Part shown: one piece after another, positions 44,374 to 54,189 of the stretch
Numbering within the stretch: the stretch's first letter is position 1
Layout of the letters: every line of letters begins with the position of its first letter
Source: a virus
Virus record (IMG/VR): IMGVR_UViG_3300034044_000040
Coordinates: 21,341 to 85,340 of that record
Direction: 5' to 3' (one strand)
DNA: 64,000 nt
Notes under the pieces: model-generated
What the model saw: only the letters and a program-made list of their open reading frames with translations
What the model was told of the DNA's origin: nothing
The model's database searches: none
Translations under genes and position numbers: made by a program

Positions 44374-45015
44374 ATGAGCGACACACAGAAAGATGACGAG
44401 GCACCATCTAAAAACAACGCCGAAACACCGCAAAACGAAGCCACGGAAAGCAAGGATGTGGCAGACGATCAAAGCACACCGGACGAAGTGCAACCCGTTG
44501 CAACGCAGGCTGGCGAAAAAGCTGGAAAATCCAAGGGCAAAGGCGGGCGCAAGACGAAGAAGTCAGCGAAAAAAGCGGATGCCGCCAACGATCCCATTGT
44601 CCTGTTGTTTGCAGGCCATGGGGCCAGTGATCTTGAGCGCATTGAAGATCGGGAATTCACTACACTGCGCGTCGGTCGCAAGTGGTATGACACCCTCATG
44701 GAAGCGAAAGCGTCAGGTGTGGGACCACTGATCATCAACGCGCATCGGACAGATGATGACCCTGACAAGCCAGATGCACCCAGCAAGGCCGGGGAACATG
44801 TCGGCGCTTTCGAAGTCATCGGTGTTGACCTCGTTCCTTACTACAGTCAGGCACTGGCAGTGTCGGCCTTCACGGAACACCTTTGCCTACTCGGGTCTTC
44901 CCGGTCGAAACTTGATGAGGTCATCACGGCCTTGTACACCACCGAGAAGATCGCCGCAGTCTCGGGTGATCCAGACGACGGCTTCACCATCATCAGCCTG
45001 AAACGGGTGGCCTAA
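44374..45015 (+). CDS. Hypothetical protein with disordered N-terminus, possibly ASCH/PUA-like
   Basis: AAGGA RBS; FTTLRVG motif. Confidence 0.55.
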   Translation: MSDTQKDDEAPSKNNAETPQNEATESKDVADDQSTPDEVQPVATQAGEKAGKSKGKGGRKTKKSAKKADAANDPIVLLFAGHGASDLERIEDREFTTLRVGRKWYDTLMEAKASGVGPLIINAHRTDDDPDKPDAPSKAGEHVGAFEVIGVDLVPYYSQALAVSAFTEHLCLLGSSRSKLDEVITALYTTEKIAAVSGDPDDGFTIISLKRVA

Positions 45016-45092
45016 AATACCGGCGACCGCCGTAAAAAGGTGACAGCCCGGAGAGGACGGGCACATCATTCACAGTAAAAGAGGGGATTAAC

Positions 45093-45473
45093 ATGGCAAA
45101 GGCAACATATCAGACCAAGGCGGCTGCTACCCGCGCTGCCAACACGTTTGAGAGAGACTTGATGTCAGCATTGCGCGAGATCGACGATCTGAGGCAGCAA
45201 AATGCGAAGCTCCAGCAAGAGATCGAAATGAAGACACGTCTGGCCACGCGCCTGAACGAAACCGCAGAGGAGCGATATCGCCAGTTGGCGGATATCAAAT
45301 CATCCACCACCTTCCATCAGGAAGAAGTGCGACGTCTCAAGAGCATCAAGAGTGACCTTGAAACGTCCCTCGCGCGAGCAGATAATGAAATAATGTCTCT
45401 GAAAGGTCAGCTTGGCGGCATGGAGCGGGCAATCGTGGCACTCGTGCACCCCAGCACCGGGGGGCGCACATGA
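45093..45473 (+). CDS. Coiled-coil hypothetical protein
   Basis: GAGG RBS; heptad pattern. Confidence 0.65.
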   Translation: MAKATYQTKAAATRAANTFERDLMSALREIDDLRQQNAKLQQEIEMKTRLATRLNETAEERYRQLADIKSSTTFHQEEVRRLKSIKSDLETSLARADNEIMSLKGQLGGMERAIVALVHPSTGGRT

Positions 45474-45724
45474 TACAGAGCATCAGATATCGCATAAACA
45501 ACGTCAGATCGTCTCTGAGTGTAACTCTGATGATACTGGCCACCCGTATCTCACCGGATGATTATACCACGCTATGGGGCTGCCGTGGCCTGAAGATGGC
45601 GCAGCGATGCATGGAGTTGGAAAAGGAAACACAAAAATGCCTAACGAGCGTTTCCTATAAATTCGAACCTCATCATGTGCCGATACCGAAAAAGACACGC
45701 CGCCGGGAGGTGACGCCCCTTTGA
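45470..45724 (+). CDS. Hypothetical protein
   Basis: ATGA overlap. Confidence 0.5.
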   Translation: MIQSIRYRINNVRSSLSVTLMILATRISPDDYTTLWGCRGLKMAQRCMELEKETQKCLTSVSYKFEPHHVPIPKKTRRREVTPL

Positions 45725-45748
45725 CATGAAAATAAGGTGTAGTATGCT
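45721..45748 (+). promoter_or_regulatory. Sigma70-like promoter
   Basis: TTGACA-16 bp-TATGCT. Confidence 0.6.
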
Positions 45749-45788
45749 ATAAAAACGCCACAGATTGTTTGCTTACCGGGATATAACC

Positions 45789-46079
45789 ATGGAGAAAACC
45801 AACATGATCACCGCAGACGACATGCGCAGAACCAGCGCAGATGATTTCGATATTGATGACATGAAAAACATGCGCAGGCAGTTCATCATGGCGTCAGCGT
45901 CGGAGAGACCACAGCCCATCACACGCCAGTGCATGGCAAGGATGCTGGTGCAGTTTGGGATGCCGGAGTGGGAGCACGGCAAGAAATACGCGCTTTCTCA
46001 CGCTGGAGAAATGCTGAACCGTATGACGAAAATGGGCCTGCTGGTGAAGACTTCCAGCGGGAAATGGGTGGTCGCATGA
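45789..46079 (+). CDS. Possible winged-helix protein
   Basis: LNRMTKMGLLVKTSSGKWVV wing-like C-terminus. Confidence 0.5.
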   Translation: MEKTNMITADDMRRTSADDFDIDDMKNMRRQFIMASASERPQPITRQCMARMLVQFGMPEWEHGKKYALSHAGEMLNRMTKMGLLVKTSSGKWVVA

Positions 46080-46273
46080 GATCGGATATCGCAGACGTGG
46101 AATGCATCCTGCACCACATGACGGACAAAGCGATCAAGGTGTCAGAGTATGAGGGCGCGGAGGAGGTATGGCTGCCCCTCAGCCTGATCGAGTACACCCG
46201 CGATACGCAGAACCCACGCATCGTGACCGTGACAGCGCCACAGTGCCTGCTCGAAGAAAAAGGATTGCTGTGA
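46076..46273 (+). CDS. Small hypothetical phage protein
   Basis: TDKAIKV...VWLPLSLIE...LLEEKGLL pattern. Confidence 0.6.
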   Translation: MRSDIADVECILHHMTDKAIKVSEYEGAEEVWLPLSLIEYTRDTQNPRIVTVTAPQCLLEEKGLL

Positions 46274-46695
46274 TGCTCGTGGTATTTGATCTTGATGGCA
46301 CGTTGTCAGACCCTACCCACAGGGAGCACCACGCGAAGGCCCGCGAATGGGATAAATTTCATGCCGCGTGCGGTGGGGATGCGCCGAAGAGTGAGATCAT
46401 GGAAATCCTGTACGGGATGCGCGCCATGGGACATCGCGTGGAGATATGGACGGGCAGATGGGAGAGCGCGCGTGAGACCACTCTGGATTGGTTGTACACC
46501 TACGGGCTTCAGTTGCCGTCAGATCAGCTGCTCATGCGCGAAGACAATGACTTCCGGCCAGATACCGTGCTAAAAGGCGAGTGGATTGTGAACCGTGGTA
46601 GACCTCGCCTTGTATTCGAGGATCGCGACAGCATGGTCAAATATTATCGAGGGTTGGGCATCACCTGCGTCCAAGTGGCACCGGGTGATTTCTGA
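46273..46695 (+). CDS. HAD-family phosphatase (PNKP phosphatase-like)
   Basis: FDLDGTL, WTGR, LLMR..DFRPD..LK, FEDR, QVAPGDF. Confidence 0.88.
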   Translation: MLVVFDLDGTLSDPTHREHHAKAREWDKFHAACGGDAPKSEIMEILYGMRAMGHRVEIWTGRWESARETTLDWLYTYGLQLPSDQLLMREDNDFRPDTVLKGEWIVNRGRPRLVFEDRDSMVKYYRGLGITCVQVAPGDF

Positions 46696-46696
46696 T

Positions 46697-47080
46697 ATGA
46701 AACAGCTGAACAGACGAGGATTTCTTACAGCGGTCGCAGCGACGGCGACGTCCACCCTTCTGCCTGCCATACCTTCCCACGTGCGCGCAAGAAAGCCTGC
46801 CAGAGCAATGATATTGCCAATGGAAGTTGAATACGACATCAGGGCGCAGGTATATAAATTAACACGTCACATCGTGTTTCCCGCGTTTACTCGTGATGCA
46901 CGCACCGGGAGGCCAGATATAGCGTACATGGTGGCACACATCACCGTGGGTAAACAGGACTTGCCAGCCTCGGGCGGGGAACCTGACTACGACCATTTCA
47001 GCAGTTTATTTCTTGAAGATATACTGCCCGTTCTGAATGACGATTTTGATATTCCTGAAACGCTAGTGAGCATCATATAG
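46697..47080 (+). CDS. Protein with twin-arginine (Tat)-like signal
   Basis: MKQLNRRGFLTAVAATATSTLLPA. Confidence 0.6.
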   Translation: MKQLNRRGFLTAVAATATSTLLPAIPSHVRARKPARAMILPMEVEYDIRAQVYKLTRHIVFPAFTRDARTGRPDIAYMVAHITVGKQDLPASGGEPDYDHFSSLFLEDILPVLNDDFDIPETLVSII

Positions 47081-47093
47081 AGGAGATTTCAGC

Positions 47094-47246
47094 ATGGGTA
47101 GTGTATTCTGGAGCATCGTAATCATCATTTTTCTGATATGTGCCTATCCAATCATCGGCATGATCATGGAACACCTGATAAGACGGAACGCCTTCAAGGG
47201 CGGGGCGCGCGAGCTTCTGAAATCCAGCAAGCGCAGGGACAAATAG
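47094..47246 (+). CDS. 50-aa single-pass membrane peptide (not in ORF track)
   Basis: GAGGAG RBS; MGSVFWSIVIIIFLICAYPIIGMIMEHLIRR...KRRDK. Confidence 0.6.
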   Translation: MGSVFWSIVIIIFLICAYPIIGMIMEHLIRRNAFKGGARELLKSSKRRDK

Positions 47247-47247
47247 C

Positions 47248-47559
47248 ATGACCCCGTTAACCCCTCTGGTCGTGAACAAGGTGTGGGGAACCCTCCGCGA
47301 AACCCATCCTTCACGGTTCAGGAGAGCAGATTTGATCGCTTGCTTCTGCACACACCTCCCAAACTGCAACACCGATCCAGACCTCATGGAAGATGTGCGG
47401 TGCAAATCTATAACCCTTCTGCGCGGTGCGAAGAAACGCCAGTATATAAGGTTTGACGAGGCGATAAGAAAATGGGAATGGGTGCCCTCATCGGAGCAGA
47501 GCAAGACGTTATTGGACCTGATGAATGATCCTGATTACGAAAATATTAGAACGCCTTGA
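47248..47559 (+). CDS. Hypothetical protein
   Basis: ORF directly after the membrane peptide. Confidence 0.55.
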   Translation: MTPLTPLVVNKVWGTLRETHPSRFRRADLIACFCTHLPNCNTDPDLMEDVRCKSITLLRGAKKRQYIRFDEAIRKWEWVPSSEQSKTLLDLMNDPDYENIRTP

Positions 47560-47656
47560 TAAATAATAGAATATCTTTACACGCCGAGGAGGAGACTATG
47601 TGGTTGGCACGCCAAATACGTGCGATATAATGCAAGTGAAAAGAGGAGATCACTTG

Positions 47657-48421
47657 ATGGCTAAACGACAGGCTTCCAAACGGCAGAAACGCGATAATGC
47701 ACGGGATCGTGAAGACAGCTCCTACCGGCGAAAAAACCCAGCGCAGATCAGGCTACCAGCCTTGGAAGCCCAGACAGCCACCCAGAAAAAAATGATAAGC
47801 ATGATCACGACGAACTCGCAGACATTTGCTGTGGGGCCAGCTGGTACGGGAAAAACCTATATTGCTGCACGTAAGGCCGCAGACTTGTACGACCAAAAGC
47901 AGGTGCGTAAAATTGTGATATCACGCCCGAATACGCCCACCGGTCGCAGCTTGGGATTTTTCCCCGGCACTCTGGAAGAGAAAATCGCACCTTGGGCGGT
48001 CCCTGTCATTGAGGTGCTGGAAGCCTCGCTTGGAAAATCGCATGTTGAACACCTCTTGAAGACTGGCAAGATAGAGGTGGCACCCTTCGAGACCATGCGC
48101 GGGCGCACCTTTGATGACGCCTTCATCATATTGGATGAGGCCCAGAACACCACGCCGCATGAAATGAAAATGTTTCTCACCCGTGTAGGTGCCCGCAGCA
48201 CCTTGATCGTCAGCGGCGACGTGTCACAGTCCGACTTACAAGGCAACAGCCTTGATGGATTGACAATGGCATTGCAACTGGTTGCAAAATTTGACCTGCC
48301 CGTCGGCGTGGTGGAATTCACCACGGAGGATGTCGTGCGCTCAGACATATCCGCGCAGTGGGTTGTGGCGTTTTACAGGCATGAGGCAGCCAATGGGAGA
48401 GGGCTTGATCGGGTGGCATGA
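47657..48421 (+). CDS. phoH: PhoH-family ATPase
   Basis: GPAGTGKTY, ISRP, LGFFPG, MRGRTF, LDEAQN, GDVSQSDL, DVVRS. Confidence 0.95.
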   Translation: MAKRQASKRQKRDNARDREDSSYRRKNPAQIRLPALEAQTATQKKMISMITTNSQTFAVGPAGTGKTYIAARKAADLYDQKQVRKIVISRPNTPTGRSLGFFPGTLEEKIAPWAVPVIEVLEASLGKSHVEHLLKTGKIEVAPFETMRGRTFDDAFIILDEAQNTTPHEMKMFLTRVGARSTLIVSGDVSQSDLQGNSLDGLTMALQLVAKFDLPVGVVEFTTEDVVRSDISAQWVVAFYRHEAANGRGLDRVA

Positions 48422-48457
48422 TCCTGTCATGAGCAGATAATCCTTCTCATTTTTTTC

Positions 48458-48485
48458 TTGCATATAATCGTGGTTGTGGTATGCT
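48458..48485 (+). promoter_or_regulatory. Conserved phage promoter, copy 8
   Basis: TTGCAT-ataatcgtggttgtgg-TATGCT. Confidence 0.8.
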
Positions 48486-48517
48486 GTACATGTCAGAAAA
48501 GAGAAAGGATGATCACA

Positions 48518-49189
48518 ATGGCTTATGCAGCACAAAGAGCACAGCGTCAGGTGGACTTGGACCACATATCCGATCTACCACAATCCGCCATCGCGAAGGA
48601 ACTTGAGGCGCTTACCTCAAAGCTGAGCGAACGCAGCCGTGAGTTTGCACTGTCCCTGTTGTCCCAGTACGGCAAGCGAGGACTTACATCCAAACAGGAC
48701 TATTGGATGCGCAAACTGTACCGGCAGGCCGTGGAGGGCGAGAAGCCTCTGGCGCAGGTATCAGTTGGCGACCTCACAGGGGTCGAAAATCTTCTGAACA
48801 CCGCTAAAAGCAACGGGCTGAAATACCCACGCATCACCATGGAGACCTCGGAAGGTAACCCGGTCCAGATATCAATGGCGGGGAGCAGATCGAAGGCACC
48901 CGGCAGTCTGAACATCACGGACGGCGGGCGCTACGGGTCGAACACGTGGTACGGTCGCGTGATTGACGGTAGGATGACAATATCGCCACGTGCATTGGAA
49001 GCGCATCCTGATGAGACGAAAGATGTGTGCCTTCTGTTGTCTAGGTTGGCAAGCACCCCGAAGGAAACGATCACTGAATATGGCCGGATGTCAGGATACT
49101 GCGCGTGCTGCGGTCGCAAACTCACTGATCCCGCATCCATGAAGTTGGGTATGGGGCCTGTATGCGCAAGCCGTTTCGGCTTAGTATGA
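48518..49189 (+). CDS. DUF6011 zinc-finger protein
   Basis: C-terminal CACCGRKLTDPASMKLGMGPVC. Confidence 0.75.
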   Translation: MAYAAQRAQRQVDLDHISDLPQSAIAKELEALTSKLSERSREFALSLLSQYGKRGLTSKQDYWMRKLYRQAVEGEKPLAQVSVGDLTGVENLLNTAKSNGLKYPRITMETSEGNPVQISMAGSRSKAPGSLNITDGGRYGSNTWYGRVIDGRMTISPRALEAHPDETKDVCLLLSRLASTPKETITEYGRMSGYCACCGRKLTDPASMKLGMGPVCASRFGLV

Positions 49190-49204
49190 AATTTTGAGGA
49201 GGAT

Positions 49205-49726
49205 ATGATCATGGCATTACCGGAATGGGCAGAAGCCGACGGAATATATACACTTTTTTATAAGGGGTATCACGCCCTCACGAAGCAACCGGTGGAAATC
49301 GTCAGCGCGGTCATCACGGCAATGGGCGTCCAGAATTATGGCCCGTTGAAGGGGCACATCCTGTACAAGCTGACCCTGTATTACGAACTGAAAAAAGGGA
49401 CACGCGCCTATGAGCGCCGCGTCACCAACGGTATATCCAAACCGGGTCCGGACGGGCGGCACTATAGGAAGGTGGAACGAGGTGGTCTATCCCTCAGTGA
49501 GGCACAGCTTCTGGCCTGCGTGCATCTGCCTTGTGATGAGGGCGAACTTGATCGTGAGGCCAGTGAGCAGGGGTGGGGGCATCGTGAGTACACGGATACG
49601 GTCGAACACGCTGAGCGCCAGCAGGAACTCGAAATTGCAGCCCATCAGTTTCGCGATTTTCACAAGGCCCAGAAGATAATGGCAGACCTCAATCAATTCA
49701 TGAGGAAAGGTGGTGGTTTGTCCTGA
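49205..49726 (+). CDS. Hypothetical protein
   Basis: GGAGG RBS. Confidence 0.65.
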   Translation: MIMALPEWAEADGIYTLFYKGYHALTKQPVEIVSAVITAMGVQNYGPLKGHILYKLTLYYELKKGTRAYERRVTNGISKPGPDGRHYRKVERGGLSLSEAQLLACVHLPCDEGELDREASEQGWGHREYTDTVEHAERQQELEIAAHQFRDFHKAQKIMADLNQFMRKGGGLS

Positions 49727-49748
49727 TATGGGACGCTAGGGATAGGCA

Positions 49749-49838
49749 TTTTTTTCAAAAACATGAACTTTTTTCTTGCAAACAATCGTGGGTGTGGTAT
49801 TCTATATATGTCAGATAGAGAAACTTAGGAGACAGACC
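49749..49838 (+). repeat. 90-bp exact direct repeat B (promoter copy 9, leader and RBS)
   Basis: Identical to 38891-38980; promoter at 49776-49803. Confidence 0.9.
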
Positions 49839-49839
49839 C

Positions 49840-50256
49840 ATGACACGTACAGCCAAAACCACAAAAGTCACCCTCGCGAAGATCAAATCAGCGCAGAAGC
49901 GCCACGCGCGCCAGCTGGCCAAGATCGAGGCTGGTCTGATCGAAGCAGGCACCGTGTATGTAAAGAACGCGATCCAATACAAAGTCCGCAAGGATGGAGT
50001 GCATGAGCGTATGCCGACACGTGATCACCCGGTAACGCGGGAAGAGGTGGTGTTCATGCTGACCAATGTTAGAGCACTGGAACAGGAAGACGTGCTGCAT
50101 TTCATCGGTAAAGGGGCCATGGATTTTATGCTTCAGCATGACCTGTTGCGCAAGTTGGAAGATGGCTTGCTCTGGATCACCACCAACGCGCAACGTAAAT
50201 ACGGTCTCCAAAATCCCATGCTTCCATCAGGTGTCAGGGCACGATACGTGAAGTAA
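49840..50256 (+). CDS. Hypothetical protein
   Basis: AGGAG RBS; between promoter and terminator. Confidence 0.7.
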   Translation: MTRTAKTTKVTLAKIKSAQKRHARQLAKIEAGLIEAGTVYVKNAIQYKVRKDGVHERMPTRDHPVTREEVVFMLTNVRALEQEDVLHFIGKGAMDFMLQHDLLRKLEDGLLWITTNAQRKYGLQNPMLPSGVRARYVK

Positions 50257-50272
50257 TAAATGTTAAACGGCA

Positions 50273-50306
50273 GAAAGACCGATGGGGTGTGCTCATCGGT
50301 CTTTTC
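50273..50306 (+). terminator. Rho-independent terminator
   Basis: AAAGACCGATG/CATCGGTCTTT stem. Confidence 0.75.
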
Positions 50307-50446
50307 GTGTCACTAACGTGCAACCCGTTGCAGTCGTTTTGTATGGACCTTCCCCTGCGCATGTGCTTGTATAGAAAAGCTGTTTCAACCAGCACTGGCG
50401 AATACACTTTCCCCTAATGAGCACAATTAACCTTTGGAGCCTCCAC

Positions 50447-53179
50447 ATGTTTGATACTGTCACTACGCAGTTTATTGCCCCTGAAACCTCACGCCCGCTG
50501 CATCCCACCATGGGGCAGGGTGTGGCTGAAAGGACGTATTTACGTCGCGTTTTTACGGACCCACAAAAAGCAAGCATCGGCAATGACGGCCTGCATCTGA
50601 ACCCGAGCGATCCAGATTTTCAAAAGTGGTATGTTGCCGCTCTGAATTCGAATGTGCCGGTGGCAGTGTGCGATGACGCAACACATGTAGGCCATGCCCC
50701 TGATACCAGATGGGAAGAATGGCACGAAGTCGCACACCGGGTTGCACTTGGAAATGTTTCATTGCTGCGAACGCTGGCGGACAACACCCCGCATGAAGAA
50801 GGGCTGAATTATATCCGAGACACTCGCAGGAAACTTGCCGATACCACCGCAGTCCCGGAGCATACAATGATGGCGAACGCAATCGCGAACGGGTCACTGC
50901 TGATGTCCGGGCGGCACCTACAGCAGGGTGATGCGAACCAAGCCAACAGGAATATGGAGGTGTTCACGAACTGCGCGACAGCTTCCACCAGCTTCGCCCT
51001 GTTCATGCTGCTACTCAATGGATCAGGAGTAGGCCGGGATTACTCTGACGCGATGATGGCGGTAGACTGGGCAAAGGATATGCCCATGATCGTCCCGGTG
51101 CTGAAGGAAGATCATCCAGATTTCATATGGGGCAGGCATGTATCGGTGAGGGACGCAAAGCACCTCTACAAAACGGGGAAAGACATATACTGGCATGAGG
51201 TCGAGGACAGCCGGGAGGGGTGGGGCAAAGCGATAGAGGCTCTTGAACTGACAACCTACCGCAATGGGCGCAATCGGAAGAAGATAAAACGGGACGTTCG
51301 GGTGAATGTGCTCGTGCTGGATTTCTCAAAAGTGCGGGAAGAAGGGAAACCTATTATGGGGATGCAGGGCCGACCGTCATCCGGCCCTGCCCCCCTGATG
51401 GATGCAATCGAGAAGATCGCGCGGATCAGGGGCACCGGCCTGAAGCCGTGGCTTGCCACCCTGTACATGGATCATTACCTTGCGGAGCCGGTCCTTGTGG
51501 GTGGGGCACGACGATCTGCCCGCATGTCCACGAAGAACTGGAGGGACGAGGACATCCTCGAATTCATCGGGGTGAAACGCCCCATTGAATATGAGGGTAT
51601 GACCATGGAAGACGTGCAGGAACATCAGAAAAATCTGGTAGCCTCCGGTAGGACACTTCCCATGTCTTTCCTGTGGTCATCCAACAATTCAGTGGCCGTG
51701 GACGCGGATTTTTGGGCGCGGGTGAAAGGGCCGATCACCTCAGACCAGATGACTATCAAGGCCAAGATGGTGTACGAATATGCTTGCCAATGTGCCTACG
51801 GCGACGGGACCGGAGAGCCGGGATTTGTGAACGTGGATCGGCTGACCACGAAAGACGAGGGGCTTGGTCTCGGGGAAGAGGAACCCGCCACCGCATTCCG
51901 CGACGGCGAATATATCGGGTCACTGCGGTATCAGGTCAGTGGTAGCACGAAGGAACTGATGCGTGACCTGCATGACCGGTTCAAGGATATGCCGTACCAC
52001 TATATCGTGAACCCTTGTGGAGAAATTGTGTTATGCATTCTCGGGGGGTTCTGCGTCATCGCGGACGTGGTGCCTTTCCATGCTTCATCCATAATCGAAG
52101 CCACGGAAGTCGCGAAGACAGCAGCTCGCGCACTGATACGTGTCAACACCATGGACAGTATATACAATGCTGAGGTGCACCGCACAAACCGCATCGGCGT
52201 CGGAGTGACGGGGATACACGAAGCCGCTTGGAAATTTTTCAGGTGCGGGTTCCGCGACTTGCTGGCACCCGACTTTCAGAAATATGCAGCCTTGTATCCT
52301 TCCTTTGACGAAATGGTGCCGGACAGCGACGATCTGATTGAATTCTTTTCCCAGCACGAAAACCCTGCAATTCGTGCCGCCGCCTTCTGGGATTGGTTGG
52401 GTGATATGGCACGTGCTGTGGAGAAAGAGGCGACACGATACGCGAAGGCACTCGGGGTCAACGTGCCGCACACGTTCCTGACTGTGAAGCCGTCCGGGTC
52501 AGTTTCTAAACTGTTTGGCCTGTCGGAGGGCTGGCACCTACCCGCCATGCGCCATTATATCAGGTGGGTGCAGTATCATAAAAACAGCCCCATGCTGGAT
52601 GAGTACCGGGCCGCAGGCTATCCAGTCCGCGAACTGCAATCCTACCGTGACCACTTCATCGTAGGGTTCCCCACTGAACCTGCGATGTGCGGACTTGATG
52701 GGGTGAATGATCACCTCGTGACGGCGGGCGAGGCCACCATGGCTGAGCAATTCACATGGCTGCGGATGGGCGAATTTTTCCTGATGGAAGGGGGGTCAGC
52801 AAAGGATTGGCTGGATCACGAAGGGAACATGGATAGCTTCCTGTCTGGCAAGCGGGATCGGGGCGTCGAACCCATAGGGAACCAGATCAGTTACACCATG
52901 AAATACGTTCCTGAAGAGACCAGCTTTGAGCATTTCAAATCCGCCATCCTCAACTATCAACCCTACGTCCGGTGTGTCAGCGTGATGCCGCAATCCATGA
53001 CTGCTGCCTACGAATATCTACCGGAGGAACAGGTCAGCATCGTGGACTATCAGAAATTGCTGGCAGACGTGCGCCGGGAAAACAGCACACCCTCTGAGGA
53101 TGTGGGGATCGAGCACCTTGATTGCTCCACTGGGGCGTGCCCCATCGCATTCACGGATGCCAACAAGGAAGACTTGTAG
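50447..53179 (+). CDS. nrdJ: Class II (B12-dependent) ribonucleotide reductase
   Basis: SGRHL, TNC, GSGVG, GGARRSA, GEPG, NPCGEI, RIGVG, TVKPSG; C-terminal CSTGACP; no beta-subunit gene in the window. Confidence 0.88.
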   Translation: MFDTVTTQFIAPETSRPLHPTMGQGVAERTYLRRVFTDPQKASIGNDGLHLNPSDPDFQKWYVAALNSNVPVAVCDDATHVGHAPDTRWEEWHEVAHRVALGNVSLLRTLADNTPHEEGLNYIRDTRRKLADTTAVPEHTMMANAIANGSLLMSGRHLQQGDANQANRNMEVFTNCATASTSFALFMLLLNGSGVGRDYSDAMMAVDWAKDMPMIVPVLKEDHPDFIWGRHVSVRDAKHLYKTGKDIYWHEVEDSREGWGKAIEALELTTYRNGRNRKKIKRDVRVNVLVLDFSKVREEGKPIMGMQGRPSSGPAPLMDAIEKIARIRGTGLKPWLATLYMDHYLAEPVLVGGARRSARMSTKNWRDEDILEFIGVKRPIEYEGMTMEDVQEHQKNLVASGRTLPMSFLWSSNNSVAVDADFWARVKGPITSDQMTIKAKMVYEYACQCAYGDGTGEPGFVNVDRLTTKDEGLGLGEEEPATAFRDGEYIGSLRYQVSGSTKELMRDLHDRFKDMPYHYIVNPCGEIVLCILGGFCVIADVVPFHASSIIEATEVAKTAARALIRVNTMDSIYNAEVHRTNRIGVGVTGIHEAAWKFFRCGFRDLLAPDFQKYAALYPSFDEMVPDSDDLIEFFSQHENPAIRAAAFWDWLGDMARAVEKEATRYAKALGVNVPHTFLTVKPSGSVSKLFGLSEGWHLPAMRHYIRWVQYHKNSPMLDEYRAAGYPVRELQSYRDHFIVGFPTEPAMCGLDGVNDHLVTAGEATMAEQFTWLRMGEFFLMEGGSAKDWLDHEGNMDSFLSGKRDRGVEPIGNQISYTMKYVPEETSFEHFKSAILNYQPYVRCVSVMPQSMTAAYEYLPEEQVSIVDYQKLLADVRRENSTPSEDVGIEHLDCSTGACPIAFTDANKEDL

Positions 53180-53307
53180 CACGTGGTTGCTGGCGCACGG
53201 ATCATCACGTGACAGAACATAGTGCCCCGGCTGGATCAGTGCCGGGGCATATCTATTGCAACCCGGATCAGCTATGGTAATCTGGATCAAACAGTTGGAG
53301 GTATGCC

Positions 53308-53538
53308 ATGCACACAAGCGACGATATGGGCAATGGTACGGAAGAGAGAACCAGAGACAATCTGATATCATTTGCAGCGATGAACATTGACGTCATGATG
53401 ATGCACATGGGATACCCGGCCCCGCAACGCTCGGAGCACATCGGGGAGCGGGTAAAGAAGATGCGCACCATGACCACGACGCAGATTGCCACGCGGCTGT
53501 TGATCGAGCTTCCCGCATCGGCATTTCATAAGGTGTGA
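53308..53538 (+). CDS. Hypothetical protein
   Basis: GGAGGT RBS. Confidence 0.6.
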   Translation: MHTSDDMGNGTEERTRDNLISFAAMNIDVMMMHMGYPAPQRSEHIGERVKKMRTMTTTQIATRLLIELPASAFHKV

Positions 53539-53542
53539 TAAA

Positions 53543-54148
53543 ATGAAAAAACCAATGATCACAGTGCCGCATGTCATTGACGAGACGGGCACTGAATTCC
53601 GACTGTACCCAAAAATATCCAAGCCGTTCATGAAAGCCATGGGATACCTGTACCCAGCGTTCGCCTCCTATGACAAGGCTGAGCGGGGATATAGTGCGTT
53701 CCACAATGGGAAATTCGTTGGATGTTTCGGAGGTCTCACGTTGCAGTCAGTACGGCGCAACCCTCTCCTAGTGGAGGACGGTTCTCAGCTGTTCATGCGA
53801 GCATTACTGGGAGGTCTTTCCATAGATGGGTACGCGCATCACTCATCCGTATGCGATCCGAGGAACTATGGCACCCTCAGATTGTGGAAGAAGCTCGGGC
53901 TTGGAGCAAAGCTGGACGGCAGGGGGAAGGCGCGATCTGCATTCGCTGATTTGGAAGGTGCGTCGGTACTTGACATGCTCATACAGGCAATAAATCGTGA
54001 TGAATATGATGAACATCGTGTCATCGCTTCCCGGAGGCTTGCACACCTCACGCCTGAAGACTTCATCCCCACGGAAGATGATTTTTCGAGCAGCTGCGCG
54101 GGGGTTTGTGTAAATTTGAACGTGATACTGCTTGACGAACAAACATAG
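53543..54148 (+). CDS. Hypothetical protein, possible GNAT fold
   Basis: GKFVGC strand and N..TLRLWKKLG motif resemble GNAT elements. Confidence 0.4.
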   Translation: MKKPMITVPHVIDETGTEFRLYPKISKPFMKAMGYLYPAFASYDKAERGYSAFHNGKFVGCFGGLTLQSVRRNPLLVEDGSQLFMRALLGGLSIDGYAHHSSVCDPRNYGTLRLWKKLGLGAKLDGRGKARSAFADLEGASVLDMLIQAINRDEYDEHRVIASRRLAHLTPEDFIPTEDDFSSSCAGVCVNLNVILLDEQT

Positions 54149-54189
54149 GTGTGGTACCGTAAGAGGTAGAAAACGCAGGGGATGCATTT

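Noticed and set aside
50447-53179. Intein or intron in nrdJ (also checked polA, dnaB, terL)
   Set aside because: ORFs are continuous, with no LAGLIDADG motif or C...HN splice junction seen
53256-53270. TTGCAACCCGGATCA as a 21st box
   Set aside because: Right arm mismatched; more likely a -35 element (TTGCAA-16-TAATCT), so not counted
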